Source: Armatimonadota bacterium
Lineage (GTDB): Bacteria; Armatimonadota; UBA10988
Reading direction: 5' to 3'
DNA length: 55,624 nt
Assembly: GCA_016235455.1 (NCBI GenBank)
Contig: JACRKZ010000023.1
Span: 1 to 55,624, forward strand
Each line of letters opens with the position of its first letter. Position 1 is the stretch's first letter. This document shows positions 27,401 through 34,828 of the stretch, piece by piece. The translations under genes and the position numbers were made by a program. The notes beneath the pieces were generated by a model. The model was not told the origin of the DNA, ran no database searches, and saw only the letters and a program-made list of their open reading frames with translations.

Positions 27401-27412
27401 CAACCGTCGCAA
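21407..27412 (-). CDS. ~2000-aa secreted multidomain protein with ConA/DUF1080-like domains and three CBM-like repeats
   Basis: TTG start at 27412 after GGAGG gives signal peptide MRRLAILCCVGLASAGHVLA. WDDYEVQTSVK...GGLIFG lectin-like folds. Three repeats of DL...L.F.Y...DG(K/Q)WH. Confidence 0.75.
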   Translation of the reverse strand: MRRLAILCCVGLASAGHVLAQTAPLPNGFTALADTPDAQSDLRLAVTGPSPLSLVFAASDAQHGYRFDLSATASLLTRLDRPAVDLATGPGVATPREITLRRRESMLYVIVDGQRLLAAMDGSFHAGRAGCQVPAKSATKVAPVDAGYQPVEDVYFTDDFMRTKDQQQLGVWQHVAGKWRFYSVSETNPHADMRLSVNPFSLGLTPEGGKPAAVLAGQRFWDDYEVQTSVKGRGATWGGLIFGARSATDYFLLRADLGGWPLMPRRIELVRVEGERQTVLAGGTTMLSNEQWFRLGARVRGDRLSCLLDGDVLFERVDPALVGGSIGLWSAPSVPGAVDETLFDDVRCLTNLDWPMDRAADLKVNGAPAGGSWRLAPDAGQAIANDAGRQKLVSTSGATSRYLLGDPVGGSWRLDTVARADRPGWVGLLFGWRDDRNYATAVWDAQGNLSIIDVADGKRSVRAVAKDVLAPGVAHRIALDLLEDGRVNVRRDGQLRLRAAGSAPAGRLGVTSTDTTASFGAVRLRQDVSRDTEIAIDDTVFASDPFMLNWASSLADWYPAGGPENNPAWTVPAKDAPAAPVAAAAAPAAPALPALAANVDPKLLTGTSAAVAQGTPTQFWHKGDFFGSYHLVLPTQRGPIAVLLNATNESWKPAVTTPEGAPSTVAPGEGDGYVVTINGGGTDQGAVALSLGGKELAKAPLPKDAAEVRVGRDGGVTWVALDDRDLLCHHDAQPAVGTRVALWTTHPGVLWDVRCRRDGVVDEVFESAPADWVQQGEWIVTNRFSCTPTWSHMTGMGRRGLAALWSKYAFTGDMTVEYYAGMRMQSDLAYYYPRVGDFNMSFACRPFDLESGISLIPSAWDPAWSGKYTRLAQGNKTIVETDRQLAPCTRESTGARIIPVPYVAPGRDVHGAWYYMKSRLIGGKVEGYFDNVKVLDAPAPAANGDRVALWTQDDQIVVSRVRVTYTNKIIPRRLLSRDPVTPPAAGAPGLRATLRDLPAAAFDWNGSTQGWTTRDGKRAVTLEALSEQGRPYLLVRNHLPGDTFDAVMPFDAAVADGAKPPVAWRRRAAKGAPAEDPAVINGFDLSRANLLTFAYRIPPETKINLYLDINEQPLFVPLSGPTEDTPVLRLLAAPSPAVVADGKWHTLRLPLAAALRRQFGTAPVRLTDLRFGMRHEGYLTAGFGGNPAGAWYALANFALVPEVGADADLTPLVQVTPSAGGRTGAVKTIRASVDPRPEALPPDTPVEGVKTPSGPGLSYLHLQAQLEDGAMTAAVHLPLLVAPAQPALTPVDVAAPWDGGDIALDGDDLVPSGLTLTVGTLSDTWSKGLRVRCEGRRLVLTPPAGQTFGDGQKVPVVVTATYAAGGQREVKFERVYRRAADKLPPSRPVVTGAGWSLLPERADLSKLVDGLSVAATYDPAVGPKPGEGSLKITNLKLAGTMLTRLLAESIDLGHTPLMLFDYQMAAPVRADFTLSTAGGSLYSLMFTDAAGPYRALGTVPDATRDGQWHRAMVPLRKMAAQQFDFIPGMYGANALNLSESGYSGEAPGSSYRLGPIRLVKVVSGVKGFTLGWSADDAGGIGGWRYGLSADENAAPATAVAGEVVSATFRDAPAGLLWFSVQAVDRAGNAGPIERTPLLVDGTVPVLGQPSPAMAALGSSDLVVPISGSDDADLDASTVQLAVDGQPVKLTRGRVSYRGERLIWRWAWGQPKFGGPVPDGTPVKLSLSAGDYAGNDPVAATWDAKISYAADKEPPLAPEVTVAGQPLLQMTSYNRGAGDGPERWSSYQSMVNLARDTERNDTVARCVTGDSGAPLHIGLYDLEQYPYLSFDYKINSGALLHLLVYLNGNWYYVALNGRNRSYGELGAVEVVADGKWHTVFVDLAKLARAKIPVGKLSVHYVVINEYGSNSGVEYCLDNVAVFGPQPARDVTANWVDYDATGIVAGGARLDNALEAAGPVTLADGLSSAKLSGTAAGVHLLTAQSRDGAGNLGGIARRVVVLP

Positions 27413-27494
27413 CCGATGCCTCCAAAGGCAGCCGCCCGAGCAGAAGACGTGTGCGACCTTCCCGCTGTGGGCAGCCGGCGAACGATGTCTAGTA

Positions 27495-28103
27495 CTACGC
27501 CGGATCGGCTTTTGTTCCACCCTCGGGTGCCGGTTTGGCGGGCGCCACATTGAAGCGGTTCATGGCCGTGTCCAGCCCCTCGCGGGCCCACACCTCGACC
27601 GCGCTGGCGGCCCGACCAACAGCCTCGTTGATCTGTGGCTGCTCGTCGGCCGAGAAGGAGCCCAGCACGTGGTTGACGGCGTCGCCGCGGGGCGCCGCGA
27701 TGCCGACACGCAGACGTGGGAAGGTGTTGTGGCCCAGGCGGGCGATGATGTCCTCGAGCCCGCGCTGGCCACCATGACTGCCGTCACGGCGCAGCCGCAG
27801 CCGGCCGAGCGGCAGATTGAAGTCGTCGCACACGACCATCAGGTCGGCGGGATCGAGCCCATACCAACTCAGCGCGGCCACCACGCTCTTGCCCGACAGG
27901 TTCATGTAGGTCTGGGGCTTGAGCAGCAGCCAACTGACGCCGGCATCGCGACACTCGAACAGGTCGGCGTCGAACTTGCGGCGCGAGCTCTGGGGGGCGT
28001 GAGTCGCCGTGAGCCGGTCCAGCACGAGGAACCCGACATTGTGGCGGGTCGTGCGGTACTGCGGCCCGGGATTACCCAGTCCGACAATCAGGCGCCGGCT
28101 CAT
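27495..28103 (-). CDS. pth: Peptidyl-tRNA hydrolase
   Basis: Motifs LIVGLGNPG, TRHNVGF, KPQTYMNLSG, DD, GSHGG and RLRVGI. Confidence 0.97.
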   Translation of the reverse strand: MSRRLIVGLGNPGPQYRTTRHNVGFLVLDRLTATHAPQSSRRKFDADLFECRDAGVSWLLLKPQTYMNLSGKSVVAALSWYGLDPADLMVVCDDFNLPLGRLRLRRDGSHGGQRGLEDIIARLGHNTFPRLRVGIAAPRGDAVNHVLGSFSADEQPQINEAVGRAASAVEVWAREGLDTAMNRFNVAPAKPAPEGGTKADPA

Positions 28104-28133
28104 CGGCGAATCTCGGTGATGGAGGGCCGCCGA

Positions 28134-28430
28134 TTACTCGGCGACAGCCTTGAAGTCCAGGTGCAGCAGGTCACGGGTGACCTTGCCGCGCTGGAGTTCC
28201 TGGATGCGGGCAGTGGTGGTGGCGCCACCCTCGATGGCGATCTCGACCTCGGCCTTCACGCCGTTGGCCTTGATGACGCGGCCCATTTCCTTGGCGCACA
28301 CGGTGATGGCGACCGTTTCGATGCCCTTGCCGTACAGCACCGCGGGCACCTGACCGGCGCGACGCACATCCGCCGCCGCCTTGCTACCGTCCGCCGTTCG
28401 CGGCTGTGCGCTGACCGTGACCTTATCCAT
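28134..28430 (-). CDS. rplY: 50S ribosomal protein L25 (short, single-domain form)
   Basis: RRAGQVPAVLYG and LLHLDF; located directly upstream of pth. Confidence 0.93.
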   Translation of the reverse strand: MDKVTVSAQPRTADGSKAAADVRRAGQVPAVLYGKGIETVAITVCAKEMGRVIKANGVKAEVEIAIEGGATTTARIQELQRGKVTRDLLHLDFKAVAE

Positions 28431-28473
28431 TATCTAGCCTCTCAGTCTCAACCTGATCCGTCCCGCGCGCGTT

Positions 28474-29208
28474 CTACGCGCCGCGAGACCGCAGCAAACC
28501 GTCGATATGGGCCAGTTGCTCCGGGGTGTTGACCCCGCTACCGACCACTTCGGGCACCTGCACCGCCGTCACTCGGCCGCCACGCTGGCTGTAAGCCCGC
28601 GCCATGTCGGTGATGTAGTACTCACCGGCCGCGTTGGTGCTGCCCAGCGACTCGAGCACCGGCCACACGCCGGGCGCCTCGAACACGTAAAAACCCACAT
28701 TGAGCTCGCGAATGGCCGCCTGCTCGGGCGTGCAGTCGCGCTCCTCGATGACGTTGACCACGAAGCCATCGGCCCCGCGGATGACCCGACCATACTCCAG
28801 CGGCTGGGCTGGCACGGCGCTGGCCAGCGTCATCACCGCCTGGTCGGCCACATGCTTTTGGCGCATGGCGGCCAGGGTCGCGGCATCGATCAGCGGTGCA
28901 TCGCCATTGAGCACGAACAGCCGCGTCGCCGACTCGCCCAGCACGGTCCGCGCCTGCAGCGCCGCATGGCCGGTGCCGAGCTGCTGGGACTGCACGGCGT
29001 ACTCGACGCCGAGCCCGTCCAGCGCCTCGCGCACCTTCTCCTGCTGGTAGCCGACGATGGCCACCACGCGCTCGATACCCGCCTGCCGGCAGGCATCAAC
29101 CACCCAGCGCACCAGCGGCTGACCCGCGGCGACATGGCATACCTTGGGCAAATCGGACTTCATCCGCGTGCCCTTACCGGCGGCCATCACCACTGCTGTT
29201 TCGGTCAT
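28474..29208 (-). CDS. glmU: GlmU N-terminal uridyltransferase domain only (244 aa, no acetyltransferase domain)
   Basis: AAGKGTRMKSDLPKV, QLGTGHA, LNGDAPL, YGRVIR, ELNVGFYVF, NAAGEYYITD and GVNT; the stop follows the linker helix. Confidence 0.8.
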   Translation of the reverse strand: MTETAVVMAAGKGTRMKSDLPKVCHVAAGQPLVRWVVDACRQAGIERVVAIVGYQQEKVREALDGLGVEYAVQSQQLGTGHAALQARTVLGESATRLFVLNGDAPLIDAATLAAMRQKHVADQAVMTLASAVPAQPLEYGRVIRGADGFVVNVIEERDCTPEQAAIRELNVGFYVFEAPGVWPVLESLGSTNAAGEYYITDMARAYSQRGGRVTAVQVPEVVGSGVNTPEQLAHIDGLLRSRGA

Positions 29209-29223
29209 TACGCTCTTCACTAA

Positions 29224-29295
29224 CTGGGGCGCCAGGATTCGAACCTGGGAATAGAGGCTCCAAAGGCCCCTGCCTTGCCGCTTGGCCACGCCCCA
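29224..29295 (-). tRNA. tRNA-Gln (anticodon UUG), CCA not encoded
   Basis: Acceptor stem TGGGGCG/CGCCCCA, D arm GCCAAGCGGCAAGGC, anticodon arm GGGGC-CT-TTG-GA-GCCTC, T arm CCAGG-TTCGAAT-CCTGG. Confidence 0.96.
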
Positions 29296-29326
29296 ACGTG
29301 CCCGGCCACAGGGTCGGCAAGGCGGC

Positions 29327-29354
29327 ATTATACGACAGCTTGGGCTGTGGTCAA
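29327..29354 (-). promoter_or_regulatory. Sigma70 promoter of the tRNA-Gln/glmU/rplY/pth unit
   Basis: TTGACC-16 nt-TATAAT followed by a GC-rich discriminator (GCCGCC). Confidence 0.75.
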
Positions 29355-29416
29355 TGGACGCGGCTGCGGCTCAGCGGATCGCGCGCCCTCGGCGCTCACG
29401 CGCTACATCGGCCGCC

Positions 29417-30031
29417 TTAGGACCGCCGTGCCGCTCGCCACGCCTCGTAATCCAGGTAGTCGGTGTTGCCCACGTAGACCGGGTCGGCCTCGGTGGACAG
29501 GACGCGCGCGGGCACGCCGGCTACCACGCAGCCGGGCGCGACATCGCGGGTGACCACGGCGTTGGCGCCGACGACCACCCCGTCGCCCAGCGTCACCGCG
29601 CCGATGATCTTGGCGCCCGGCGCGATGTAGACGTTGTTGCCCACCACCGGGTTGCCCGCGTAGGCGCCACTGGGCTTGAAGCCCAGCGTGACCCCTTGCG
29701 ATAGCGAGCAGTTGTCGCCCAGCACCACGTTCGGCGCGACGATGAGTCCGCTGAAATGCCCGATGTACAGCCCGCGGCCGACCTTGGTTTCCGGCGGCAC
29801 GCGGATGCCGTATTTGTACATGTAGTGCTCGCGCACCAAAGCATGGAGCTTGCGGGCGACAATCGCCAGCGGGTTGCGCGACTGACCCAGGTAGACGGCC
29901 AGCCGATAGTGGTAGCTGCAGCGGTAGCCCGGCTCATAGCGCATCGCCTTGAGATGCGTGCGAAAGCTCGTGCCGCCGCCGTAGCGGTGCAGGTCGGTGT
30001 ACCACAAGTAGCGCAGTTCGCTGACGGTCAT
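29417..30031 (-). CDS. Serine O-acetyltransferase-like left-handed beta-helix acetyltransferase (WcaB/CysE-like)
   Basis: VGRGLYIGHFSG, LGDNCSLSQGVTLG, VYIAPGAKIIG, VGANAVVTRDV and GVPARV hexapeptide repeats. Confidence 0.88.
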   Translation of the reverse strand: MTVSELRYLWYTDLHRYGGGTSFRTHLKAMRYEPGYRCSYHYRLAVYLGQSRNPLAIVARKLHALVREHYMYKYGIRVPPETKVGRGLYIGHFSGLIVAPNVVLGDNCSLSQGVTLGFKPSGAYAGNPVVGNNVYIAPGAKIIGAVTLGDGVVVGANAVVTRDVAPGCVVAGVPARVLSTEADPVYVGNTDYLDYEAWRAARRS

Positions 30032-30191
30032 GAGTGCGCCTTCCGCCGCCGACTCGCCGTCGAGTCTGGCGGCCTCCCAAGACTATAGTGCATGGCGTTG
30101 CCTGTCGACCATGGGGTCTGGTCGGCGGGAACGGGTCACCCGCTGGTCGGCAGTCGCCAGGCCGGCTTGACCGCGAGCGGCGGCGCGCCCT

Positions 30192-33131
30192 CTATCGGCG
30201 CAACAGATCCAGCCCCGGCAGCACCGGCCCCGTGGTCAGTAGCGCCTCGCGGCCCAGGCCGCCCGAGCCCACCCAGTCGTAGACCCGTATGGCCAGCACG
30301 TTGGTGGCGCCCGGCTTGAGTTGCGCGGTGACGTCGACCCAGGTGCGCTTCAGGTAGGAGGACTCGCTGCGGTCGAGCTTGCCGTGGCCGCCGGCGAGCC
30401 GCCCATTGACATACACCTCATACATATCGTCCACGCTGTCGAACACCAGGCGCACGCGCCGGCCCGCCCAGCTCGCCGGGACATTCACGCGACGGCGGTA
30501 CCAGCCCCAGCCGTCGTAGCGGTTCCAGATGTCGCCCTCCGCGGCCGATGACGCCGACAGCGCCCGCCAGGCGCCGTCGTCGAAGCCGGCGCCGGCCCAA
30601 CCCGCGGCCAGGCCCTCATCGCGCGCATCGGTGGCGAACCGCCACGGTCCTTCCAGCCGCTGCGTCTCGCCGTCGACCGATTCACGCAAGGCGGCCACGG
30701 TGGCGGGCGCGAGCTGGCGGCTCGGCCCGGCCGGCGAAAGCGCCCAGCGGGCCAGTTCGCGCGCCAGCCACAGACCCGCGGCGTTGTCCGGCCCCAGGTG
30801 GCGTAGCGCGCTGACCACCAGCCGACCGCGGTCGACGGCGGTGTCGAACACCAGCAGGTTGGGTCGCACCCGGTCCAGGTCGTGCGTCTCGATGAAGGTC
30901 AGCAGCGGATCCACCTGGTTGTAGAGCTGCTCGCCGCGGATCACGGTTTCGCCGCCCAACTCGTGCAACTGCAGCTCCGCCAGCAGCCCCGGCGGCACTC
31001 GCTCGGCCCACGCCGTCGGCGCGGGCGGCTGCCAGACAGTGCCCCGCAGCCACCACGTGCCCTCCGTGATGAAGGCCCCGCGCGCGGTGGACGGCAGGTG
31101 CAGCACCGCGCCGCCGGCGCGCATCCAGTCCAGCACGGGCCTGGTCAGCGCGCTGGCCACCACCAGCCGCGTGCCGGCGGGCACCTGGTTGACCACAGGC
31201 GCCCCATCGAACAGCGCGGCCAGCGAGCCGTCGCCGACGAGCACCGTGCCGTTGGGCACCGGCTCGGGCCTGGGCAGTTGCCACAGGCCCCAGCTCAGCT
31301 CCCGCCCGGCCACCGTGCGGGTGATGCTCTTGCGCCGTGGGGTCAGCACCGGCACGTCGCCTGGCACCTTCACGCCCAGCGCCGCCGACTCGCCGCCGAC
31401 AAAGCCGCGCTGGTCGCCCGCGGTGCGCAGCGGCGTGGTGTGCTCTCCGTGCCAGGCCCAGTCGGCGACCGACCATTTGGGCTGGTCGCCGTCGTCCCAC
31501 AGACCCATGCGCGCCAGCGTGAAATCGCGCTGCGTGCTGACCACGTAGCCCGCATGGGGCAGCCGGTCGGTGAACGTCTCGATCTGCCAGCGGCGCATGG
31601 CCAGCGCATAGGCCCGGCTGGCCTGGGCCAGATCGGCTGTGGCGCCGGCGCCGAACCGCTCGGCCAGCTCGCGCTCGAAGCGGGCCTGCGCCGCCTGGCA
31701 GCGCGGTCGCCACCAGCAGTCTGGCGCGTCCAACTCGGGCCGCACCGGCTCCCAGGTGTCGGCGGCGATGGCTTCACCCAGCAGCAGTGGCTTGACCCCA
31801 TGCTGCCGGCCGTGCGCCTCGAGCGCGGCCAACTGACCACGCCACCAGCGGTTGTTGCCGTAGCTGTGGTCATCCCACAGGTCCGACACGCGGTTCCAGC
31901 CGATCCACGACGAGTCGTCTTCCACCAGCGTGTCGGGCGCCAGCGCCTTGGCCTGCTGATAGAGCGCGCGGAGCACGTCCAGATCGGCCGATGGGCCGGT
32001 CTCGCAGGTCAGGCTGCGCACCACCGCACAGGGATGTCCGCCGTCGAGCCGGCCGAACTCGGCGTACTCCGCGGTCAGCTCCGCCTGGTGTGCGCGGTCC
32101 AGCTTGGGGTGCCAGGTGGGGTACTCGATCCAGGCCAGCAGCCCCTCCTCGTCCAGCACGTCGAGCAGCTCGCGCGGTGGTATCCACAGGCAGAACTTGA
32201 TCAGGTTGAAGCCGCAGTCACGCAGGTAGCGCACCTCGCGCCGGAAGCGCTCGCGGTCGACGATGGGCGCGGTCGACGGCGGGTAGTAGCCCCAGTTGAG
32301 CACGCCGCGCACACGCACGGGCTGCCCGTTGAGCAGGATGCGGTCACCCTCGGCGCGCGCCTCGCGGAAGCCCACGCGGCGCTGGAAGCGGTCCAGGCAG
32401 CGGCCGCCCTGCCACAGCTCGGCGCGCAGGTCGTAGAGGTTGGGGTGACCGACTGACCACGGCTGGCAGGCGACCCGCGTCTGCCAGGCGGCGGTGCCAA
32501 GCGCGGGCTGCTCGGCGTTGGCCAGGTGCCGCCCGGCCTGGCTCAGCGACCAGCGCACCACCGCGCCGGCCGGCACCTGCCCATCCAGTGGCAGCCGAGC
32601 GGTCAGCCTGCCGTCGGCTCTGGCGCGGGTGAAGGCCCGCAGGTCGTCGAACCCGGTCGAGGCCAGGCTCAGCAGCTCGACGCGCTGCCACAAGCCACCG
32701 AAATGGGGCGCAATGATGGGCAGGAAGCCCTGCGTGTTGTGCCCCACCCTCTCGTCCAGGCGCACCTCAAGCGTGGCCGGCCGACCCGGCGTGACCGCCG
32801 CCGTCAGGTCCGCATCGAAGGGCGTCCAGGCGCCGAGATGGCGGCCCACCTCGCGCCCGTTGCAGACCACGGTCGCCTCGGTGGCGGCACCCCACAGCCG
32901 CAATCGGTAGCGCGCGTGCCCCGTAGGCATGGTCACGCGCAGTCGGTAGCTCGCGATGCCATCGAAAGCCAGGCCCAGGCTGTTCTCCCAGGCCGCGGGC
33001 ACCGGCGCCGCCACGGGAGCCGCCTCCCCGCTGGCGCGCGTCAGCTCCCAGCGGCCGGACAGATCGAGCACCGACCGGGGCTCGCCGCCAGCGGCCGACA
33101 GCAGCGACAACAGGCAAATCAGGGGTGCCAT
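30192..33131 (-). CDS. GH2-like secreted glycoside hydrolase with N- and C-terminal galactose-binding-like domains
   Basis: LDLSGRW, NGREVGRHLGAWTPF, WSVGHPNLY, VGFRE, LNGQPVRVRG, GFNLIK, KPLLLGE; second sugar-binding domain YDGWGWYRR...VDDMYEVYVNG. Start codon is uncertain. Confidence 0.82.
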   Translation of the reverse strand: MAPLICLLSLLSAAGGEPRSVLDLSGRWELTRASGEAAPVAAPVPAAWENSLGLAFDGIASYRLRVTMPTGHARYRLRLWGAATEATVVCNGREVGRHLGAWTPFDADLTAAVTPGRPATLEVRLDERVGHNTQGFLPIIAPHFGGLWQRVELLSLASTGFDDLRAFTRARADGRLTARLPLDGQVPAGAVVRWSLSQAGRHLANAEQPALGTAAWQTRVACQPWSVGHPNLYDLRAELWQGGRCLDRFQRRVGFREARAEGDRILLNGQPVRVRGVLNWGYYPPSTAPIVDRERFRREVRYLRDCGFNLIKFCLWIPPRELLDVLDEEGLLAWIEYPTWHPKLDRAHQAELTAEYAEFGRLDGGHPCAVVRSLTCETGPSADLDVLRALYQQAKALAPDTLVEDDSSWIGWNRVSDLWDDHSYGNNRWWRGQLAALEAHGRQHGVKPLLLGEAIAADTWEPVRPELDAPDCWWRPRCQAAQARFERELAERFGAGATADLAQASRAYALAMRRWQIETFTDRLPHAGYVVSTQRDFTLARMGLWDDGDQPKWSVADWAWHGEHTTPLRTAGDQRGFVGGESAALGVKVPGDVPVLTPRRKSITRTVAGRELSWGLWQLPRPEPVPNGTVLVGDGSLAALFDGAPVVNQVPAGTRLVVASALTRPVLDWMRAGGAVLHLPSTARGAFITEGTWWLRGTVWQPPAPTAWAERVPPGLLAELQLHELGGETVIRGEQLYNQVDPLLTFIETHDLDRVRPNLLVFDTAVDRGRLVVSALRHLGPDNAAGLWLARELARWALSPAGPSRQLAPATVAALRESVDGETQRLEGPWRFATDARDEGLAAGWAGAGFDDGAWRALSASSAAEGDIWNRYDGWGWYRRRVNVPASWAGRRVRLVFDSVDDMYEVYVNGRLAGGHGKLDRSESSYLKRTWVDVTAQLKPGATNVLAIRVYDWVGSGGLGREALLTTGPVLPGLDLLRR

Positions 33132-33228
33132 GGCCCGCCTCCGGCCGGCTGGCTTCGCCGCGCTCGCCGCCGGTCCTCGAATGTTGCGACGTCGTTGCAC
33201 GAGCGCCTAAATGGCCGATCCGCTGGAA

Positions 33229-33244
33229 GGTGATATCGATCACA
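33229..33244. promoter_or_regulatory. CRP/FNR-like operator in the divergent GH2/DUF1559 intergenic region
   Basis: GGTGA-TATCGA-TCACA matches TGTGA-N6-TCACA at 9 of 10 positions. Confidence 0.45.
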
Positions 33245-33293
33245 CTTGGCAGGTTGCGCTGTAGTCATTCGCATTGCGCAACGGGAGGTCGTT

Positions 33294-33962
33294 ATGAGAC
33301 GTCGAGCGTTCACGCTCATCGAACTGCTGGTGGTCATCGCCATCATCGCGATTCTTGCCGCGATTCTGTTCCCCGTGTTCGCCAAGGCGCGCGAGAAGGC
33401 GCGCGCCGCAAGCTGCCTGAGCAATCTCAAGCAGTGCGGCCTGGGCTTCGCCATGTACACCCAGGACTACGACGAGACCTGCTGTCCGCTGGCCACGTCG
33501 GACCCGTCACCGGCCAACGCCATCCTCAACTATGGCGATACCTGGTGGCCCGATCTGCTCCAGCCGTACATCAAGAACCGTCAGATCTTCCTCTGCCCGA
33601 GCACCAAGGGCAACCCGGTATCGATCGCGCTGAGCCATCCCAACATCGGCGTGTGGCACGGCGGCGGGCCGTCGCTGGCGGCGTTCACCGAACCGTCCAA
33701 CACGGTGGTCATGGGCGATGCCGCGCTGATCGGCAACCCCACCCTCGGCCCCGACCAGTGGACCCCGGCCGACAACGGCCAACCCGTGTTCCGCTGCCCG
33801 AACAACACCCCCTGGTGGGACAGCAATCCCTGCCGGCTCTACAACCGCCACATGGAAATGTGCAACGTGGCCTTCGCCGACGGTCATGCCAAGGCCATGA
33901 AGACCAGTGCCATCGGCTTCCAGTACCCCCAGGGCGATGCGCGCGCGCTGTGGGACATGTGA
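33294..33962 (+). CDS. DUF1559 prepilin-type N-terminal cleavage/methylation protein with H-X9-DG motif (copy 1)
   Basis: GGAGG RBS; [37 protein letters not shown]; CLSNLKQ; MYTQDYDE; [16 protein letters not shown]. Confidence 0.93.
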   Translation: MRRRAFTLIELLVVIAIIAILAAILFPVFAKAREKARAASCLSNLKQCGLGFAMYTQDYDETCCPLATSDPSPANAILNYGDTWWPDLLQPYIKNRQIFLCPSTKGNPVSIALSHPNIGVWHGGGPSLAAFTEPSNTVVMGDAALIGNPTLGPDQWTPADNGQPVFRCPNNTPWWDSNPCRLYNRHMEMCNVAFADGHAKAMKTSAIGFQYPQGDARALWDM

Positions 33963-34007
33963 GCGACGTAACCGCGCGCCGGGGCCCGGCGCGCAGGGAG
34001 GCAAGCC

Positions 34008-34682
34008 ATGAGACGACGTGCATTCACGCTCATCGAGCTGTTGGTGGTCATCGCCATCATCGCGATCCTGGCCGCCATCCTGTTCCCGGTCTTCGCCAAG
34101 GCACGCGAGAAGGCGCGTGCCGCAAGCTGCCTGAGCAACCTCAAGCAGGCGGGGCTGGGCTTTGCCATGTACAGCCAGGACTACGACGAGACCTGCTGTC
34201 CGCTGGCCATCGCCGTACCCTCGCCGGCCAACGCCATCCAGCCGGACGGCACGGTGACATGGTGGGTCGATCTGCTCCAGCCCTACATCAAGAGCGGGCA
34301 GATCTTCCAGTGCCCCAGCACCCAGGGATCGCGTGTGACCATCAGCCTGAGCCATCCCGATATCGGGGTGTGGTTGGGTGGCGGCCCGTCGCTGGCCAGG
34401 TTCGTCGAGCCGGCCGGCACCGTGGTCATGGGTGATGCCTGTCGCATCAGCAATCCCGCCGAGCCGGCGCCGGACCTGTGGGTGGCCAACAACAGCTACG
34501 CGCCGTTCTTCCGCTGCCCGAACAACGGCACCTGGTACACCAGCGATCCCAGCCGGCTGGTCAATCGGCACATGGAGATGTGCAACATCGCCTTCGCCGA
34601 TGGCCATGTCAAGGCCATGAAGGTCAGCTCGGTGGGCTTCCAGTACGCCCAGGGCGACACGCGAGCGCTCTGGGACCTGTGA
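34008..34682 (+). CDS. DUF1559 prepilin-type protein with H-X9-DG motif (copy 2, tandem paralog)
   Basis: Same motifs as copy 1; the first ~45 aa are identical; [16 protein letters not shown]. Confidence 0.93.
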   Translation: MRRRAFTLIELLVVIAIIAILAAILFPVFAKAREKARAASCLSNLKQAGLGFAMYSQDYDETCCPLAIAVPSPANAIQPDGTVTWWVDLLQPYIKSGQIFQCPSTQGSRVTISLSHPDIGVWLGGGPSLARFVEPAGTVVMGDACRISNPAEPAPDLWVANNSYAPFFRCPNNGTWYTSDPSRLVNRHMEMCNIAFADGHVKAMKVSSVGFQYAQGDTRALWDL

Positions 34683-34712
34683 CTGGTTAGCCGCCGACGG
34701 CGCGGCCCGACA

Positions 34713-34730
34713 GTTCACAGTAGGTTCACA
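34713..34730 (+). promoter_or_regulatory. OmpR/PhoP-type direct repeat upstream of the CHASE2 cyclase
   Basis: GTTCACA-GTAG-GTTCACA, 11-bp period, intergenic. Confidence 0.35.
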
Positions 34731-34828
34731 AGCGGCGCGCCGGTCGGTGGTCATAACAGGTCCTAGGACCCGTGACACCGGCCGGCGCGCATGTTTGGGC
34801 GACGGGGTGACGAGAGAGGCGGTCGGTC

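Noticed and set aside
29224-29295. tRNA-Gln as an integration site
   Set aside because: No integrase and no duplicated tRNA 3' end seen; glmU follows 15 nt downstream.
33294-34682. DUF1559 pair considered as DGR template/variable repeats
   Set aside because: Both are intact genes, the differences are not adenine-specific and include indels, and no reverse transcriptase is nearby.
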